Shown piece after piece: positions 54,360-64,000 of a stretch of DNA of 64,000 nt. Numbering within the stretch: position 1 is the stretch's first letter; every line of letters begins with the position of its first letter. Source of the DNA: Paraspadella gotoi (Eukaryota; Animalia; Chaetognatha). Location of the stretch: contig CM119265.1 in NCBI GenBank assembly GCA_051294375.1, forward strand, positions 17,922,484 to 17,986,483, written 5' to 3'. The notes beneath the pieces were generated by a model that was not told the DNA's origin, searched no databases, and was given only the letters and a program-made list of their open reading frames with translations. Position numbers and translations under genes: made by a program.

Positions 54360-55777
54360 AAAAGAGAAATGGAGAGACGTTAAGAAAAAGAGAGGAGATG
54401 AAGCTAAAAAACGTTTTAAGTGCGCAATAAACGGCCACGAGCCAACGCCGACAAATCCATCAATTTCTAATCGCTGAGATCGACGTCGTAAAACTTAAAC
54501 CTCGTTTGAAATCACGTGTAGAATTCGTCGGTGAAACATACAACTCGTTTCTTTACATATTTCAACTTGCGTAAGTTTAAATTTACATTTTAAATACACA
54601 TCAAACGTATGTGAACCCTGAAATTTACACAGGCCTCTTCAAGTTACATCATTCCAGGATGTAACCGAACGCCATGAATTTTCTTAAAGTTTTAGCCTAA
54701 CGTACGTAACCCAACGCCGTCCATAGAAGAAAAAAAAAGATCGATTTCTCAGACACACGGAGAAAGAAAAAAAAAATGTAAATCTGACCTGCTAAATTTG
54801 ACGCTCGCGTTTTCGCCTCGAAGTTGTCGTCGACTTGGTCGTCGTCGTCGTCGCCGCCGCCGTCGCCGAGGTGTCAAAAGTGACTCGTCTTCGTCTCCAT
54901 AGAAACGGAACTCGAGAGTTGACTCCTTCCTTTCGTCGGCGATGAAGGAAAAATCAAAACAAGGCGGAATAAAAGAGAAGAAAGGAGAGGAGCGTCTTTT
55001 CTCTCTCCTTCTTTCTATCTCTTCTGTTTCTCTTTCTATTATCGTATTGTTCTCTTTTGATGCTTTTTTTTTTTCTCTCTCTTTCGAAATCGGAGGATTT
55101 TTCTTTTTCTTTTTCTTTTCAGACTTCGACGAATGGATTTATATTAAAAAGAGAAATGTAGACTTTTTTTTTATTATTGTTTCGCTTTTATTCTTCTTTT
55201 TTTGTTATTGAATGGGAGTCGAATGGTAATAAAATCTTCCCCGAGAACGCTAAGGTCGCGGGAGACAGAAAAAGACGGAGACAGAGTGCGGACGAAATGT
55301 AGAAATAAAGAGGCGAAAAGACGAAGAACCAGATTAAAAAAAGAGAGAGAGAACGAGATAGAGAAAGAGAGAGATCAGCGGGCACAATGGAGAGAGAGAG
55401 AGACACACACACAGAAAAATCACTCTTCTCGTTTTTATTTTCTCTTTTTCTCTCAATGTTCTTTTTTTTATTTAATTTTCTTTTTAATCTTTTGTTTCTT
55501 TTTGTGTTTTTTTGTGTCTTTGTAGCGCGCGCTTCTTGAATGATACGGCGGTNNNNNNNNNNNNNNNNNNNNNNNNNGATTAGACTGAATGAGAGAGACG
55601 ACCGCTCTTTGTTCCTTCGCTGGACGTGGAACTGAAAAAAGACGTATCATCATCGTCGTCGTCGTTTCGGTCGTCGTTGTCGTCGTCTCGTCGTCGTCGT
55701 CGTCGTCGTCAGCGGCGACGTTTGGAATCTCGTCACCGGCCGATGAAGTCTCTTCCTCTCTCTCTCTCTCTTCCCCT

Positions 55778-55808
<31 letters not shown>

Positions 55809-55874
55809 TGCTCTCTTCTCTCTCCGTCGCTCTCCTCGACACGTCGCGTACTCTCTGCATGTCTCCTTCTCTTC

Positions 55875-60520
<4,646 letters not shown>

Positions 60521-60539
60521 CTTTTTCATGTTCATTTAA

Positions 60540-62050
60540 TATTAAATTGACCTTTTAACTCATTTAATATCGAAAAAAACTTAACACATCCTGATAACCG
60601 CGACTAAAGTTTTGCGAGTTTCTTATCTTATGTTGCAATTAATAACACCCGCACCGTCCGGGACCAACTGTTCGCGACCGATACTATTTGCGCAGAAGGC
60701 ACCACCACGAAAGAATGATAACAGGAGAACGGCACAAGAAGGTAAGGTGGTGAAGAAGATTGAAGAAATGATAGTAGGTAAGGAGGGAGAACAATTGGTG
60801 ACACGGAAAATGTAAGATGTATTTAAGGAAGAACAAAAAAGGTTTAGGTGTCCGAGAGCCCGGAACCGCAAGAAACGTATTTCAATAACGAATAGTTCGG
60901 GTTAGAAAAACAGTATCTGATGTAATCTGTATATTTATTCCGAATATTTATGAGGTAATATATAGATAATAGTTGAGAATTTTATTGAAATGTAAAATCA
61001 AATACAATATCGTTTCGTTTTAATTCGTTTTTAATAACGTACATCATCTTGAGAGATATTGCAAAAGACCACACAGATATGAGGTCGACGCACTAGCAAA
61101 TAAAGTATTTGCCAAGTCAGTTTTTTGATGTAATGAAGCTGCGGGTAAAATGTAAATAAATTAGTGATCCAATATACTAAAAACGTTGAAATTATATCTG
61201 ATTAGCAAACGCGCAATCATTTTGGTTCAGAAGACTTGTGGCTAAGTAGATGAAGGGTGGGGAACGTCAAGAGACTGTCTTCTTGTGGAAAGCGAGTGCG
61301 TTTTATTGAAAAGCAAGGGCTCCACACATAGAAGAAAGTTAAAGAAAACCGCCTGATTCCGTCGTTGAACGAAAAGACTATCACCAACGTTCTTAATTGG
61401 TCAATTTGAAATACTCTGATTCTTAACCTCCTTGGGTTCCTCCTATATGGAACCCCATGTCGGATATCTATTTAATACACATGTTAGCTCCATGAGTGTG
61501 TCAAGTGGTTTTTTTAGTCCTTCTTTAAGTATATTATTCTGTGCCAGGGTCGAACAAAGTAGTCAATGCTACATAAATGAGGCTGCATTAAGAGATTAAA
61601 CGTACTGTAAGCAAAAATATATAAAAAATTTGTGTTAAAAGATCAAAAGAGACGGATAGATGTTCAGCGACATGTGAGAGAGGGAGGAGTTAGAAAACAC
61701 CGAGCGAACAACTTTTCGAGAGTAAGGGATATATAACTAGTTAATACATTAGACACACGTTATTAATAGGTAAGATCGATTACTGCACTAAGAGAGAATA
61801 CACACTTTAAAAAACCAGTGGGACAGAAAACAATTGGTTCGAAGTGTAAAAGATAGGCACGAATAAAAGAGAAATTTCATACTCAAACAACGAGAGAAAG
61901 GGGATATTTTCAAGAAAAGAAAAAAGGAATAGAACGTTAAATACGATGGCTGCAAATAACATGCAAACGAGGTAGGTTGTATATAAGAAAATTGGGTAAG
62001 GACAGTATATTAAATATCTTATATTCAATACGTGTTATAACAAAGCAAAA
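60540..62050 (-). mobile_element. Possible highly decayed non-LTR retrotransposon 3' remnant
   Basis: Microsatellite-free block of different texture. Minus-strand fragments FNLLMQPHL (~61580-61605) and SYIFRVTNCSPSLP (~60780-60820) loosely echo CR1/L2-type ORF2 C-terminal motifs in the expected order; no intact ORF. Confidence 0.2.
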
Positions 62051-63907
62051 AATTTTCCTCTACATTTTATTTTTAATGTCTTATCTCTCTCAATCTTGTT
62101 TCTCTTAATTGTTATGTAGCTATTCTCTGACTGCTCAATAGATAAAAACGTAATACATGAGCCAGATAAACGTAAGACTTTTTTCTTGTAAAAAAGATAA
62201 TGAAAACTCTTAAAAATAAACAGAAAACAAACGGATTTTTTCCAAGTAAAAAGGAAGATAAAAACTTAAAACCGCAACGAGGTTAATTTCTTTCCAATTG
62301 TAAAAAGAGTTAAAAACAGCCGATAAACGACTTTCTTTCTAAAGTAAAAAGTGATAAAAAACGTTAAATACAGCGGCGAGGGACGATATTTGCCAAAGAG
62401 ATAACAACTTTAAAACAAAGAAGAAACACTTTTTCCAATGTATAAAAGAGAATAAAAAATTTCTAAAACACCGGGAAACGATTATTTTCAAGGAAGTGTA
62501 AAACAAGGTAAGCGGATTTTGATTAGTACATAAGTGCCAATTCAAATTCGCAAAAAGACGAGTGGCATTTAGTCATGTCGGGGCNNNNNNNNNNNNNNNN
62601 NNNNNNNNNGTAAAACTACTCGAAAATTACTTATGGAATAAAGGTTGGAAATATGTCTCACTCCCTCTCTGGCTCCCCTTTCTGTTCTCAATCTCTTTTG
62701 CCTTTAGGAGTTGGACGTTTCGAGAAATAAAAATTTTTTTGACAAAAGACAAACAAAACGACAAACGCGAAGACAAAACGATTTCTATTTAAAATTTGTT
62801 TTTTGTTTTATTTAACCGTGTCGTCTTATCTGCCTCGTCAACGACGAAACTGACGACGACAACGACAACAACAACGACAACCAACGAGGACAACGTCTAA
62901 GAATTGTTTGTCCGCCAAGAAAATAATGATAGCATTGTGATGTTGTGTTCCGAGTTTTCTCGGATTTCGCGTTGAGTTTTTCGCAGATTCATTTCGCGCT
63001 TTTTGATTCCGAATACCGAGTATGACCCAGAAAAAGACTGTCCGTCCGTTCGTCCGTCCGTCCGTACTAAATTCCCGAAACAGAATCCCAGTTTTTTCGT
63101 ATTTTAATAAATATTCATTTTTTGGCTTTTTTTTTTTCAATCGAGTGTTTTTTCGAAGATCAAACGAAAATGCCGAAACGGAAATGCCACAGAAAAAAAA
63201 TATTAATATTAATATTCCATTTGAAGAATCCGCTAAGTGATTCGACGCCTCCGAGGTATACTTTCAAAAAAATACTCATTTACCGCGTGACCATTATGTA
63301 TGCATTTAAATTTAGGTTTGGTAAGTCGATATATGGAGCCTTAAGGATGGTTATATTTCGGTGAAATAGATAATGAGAAGTGTTATAACGATTTATTCCA
63401 CCTTTGTCTTTCAAAATCAAAAACCCCGCAACAAAAATCCTCCGTCTTTTAATTTTGACTATCAGACAAACAACTCGCATATTTCCCGCTTTTCTTGCGA
63501 CGAAATTCACGGCAAAAGAAATCCTCAGCGTGCGGGTCCGTGACATAAGGGGTGAACCCTGAATCACCGCGAAAAAGATCACCCTACATTCTTCGTGAAT
63601 GGGGATTTTTGGGGAGAGAAAATCACGTGACCCACGTCAGTGAGAGATCCGCGTCGAATCCCGTCACGCCTCCGCATTTTCATTCGCAGCGCCATCTGTT
63701 GCTCGACCGTGAAACGGAAGAGAAAGAAAAGGAAAAGATGGAGGGATAAAGAAAGAGAAAGGGGGGAGGTTAGGGGGGGCGGGGCTGATTCCTAAATCGT
63801 CTTTCTCTTTCTCGATGAGATTCTTTATTTCCGTTGATTGGTTTTGGTTTTTCTTGGATCAGTTCGTTAAACTTTAAGTTTTCATTCATTCATTTTCCGT
63901 TTATATA

Positions 63908-64000
63908 TTCATTCATTCATTCATTCATTCATTCATTCATTCATTCATTCATTCATTCATTCATTCATTCATTCATTCATTCATTCATTCATTTATTCAT
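63908..64000. repeat. (TTCA)n microsatellite
   Basis: Read directly. Confidence 0.95.

Overview
Eukaryotic (metazoan-like) genomic DNA. It is AT-rich but CpG-rich and dense in (AG)n, (TCG)n and (TTTC)n microsatellites. It comes from a noisy, gap-filled assembly with eight N-gaps, five of them exactly 25 N. Two genes can be spliced by hand: a group-B Sox (SoxB1-like) HMG-box gene on the minus strand (36060-41302, 14 phase-compatible exons, two introns inside the HMG box, about 710 aa N-terminal to the HMG) and a divergent protein kinase on the plus strand (at least 9 exons, 29045-31670, IGD/DYG motifs, large insert). Also present are the 5' end of a secreted coiled-coil protein gene at the left edge, a frameshift-damaged multi-exon plus-strand gene, and about 22 kb of apparently gene-free DNA upstream of the Sox gene. 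The 3.7-26.8 kb region is three tandem copies of a ~7.3-7.9 kb unit; this and three smaller duplications are most likely assembly artefacts. I found no convincing novel multi-gene system; the unusual Sox and kinase architectures are the best leads. All calls are from manual reading, with no database searches.
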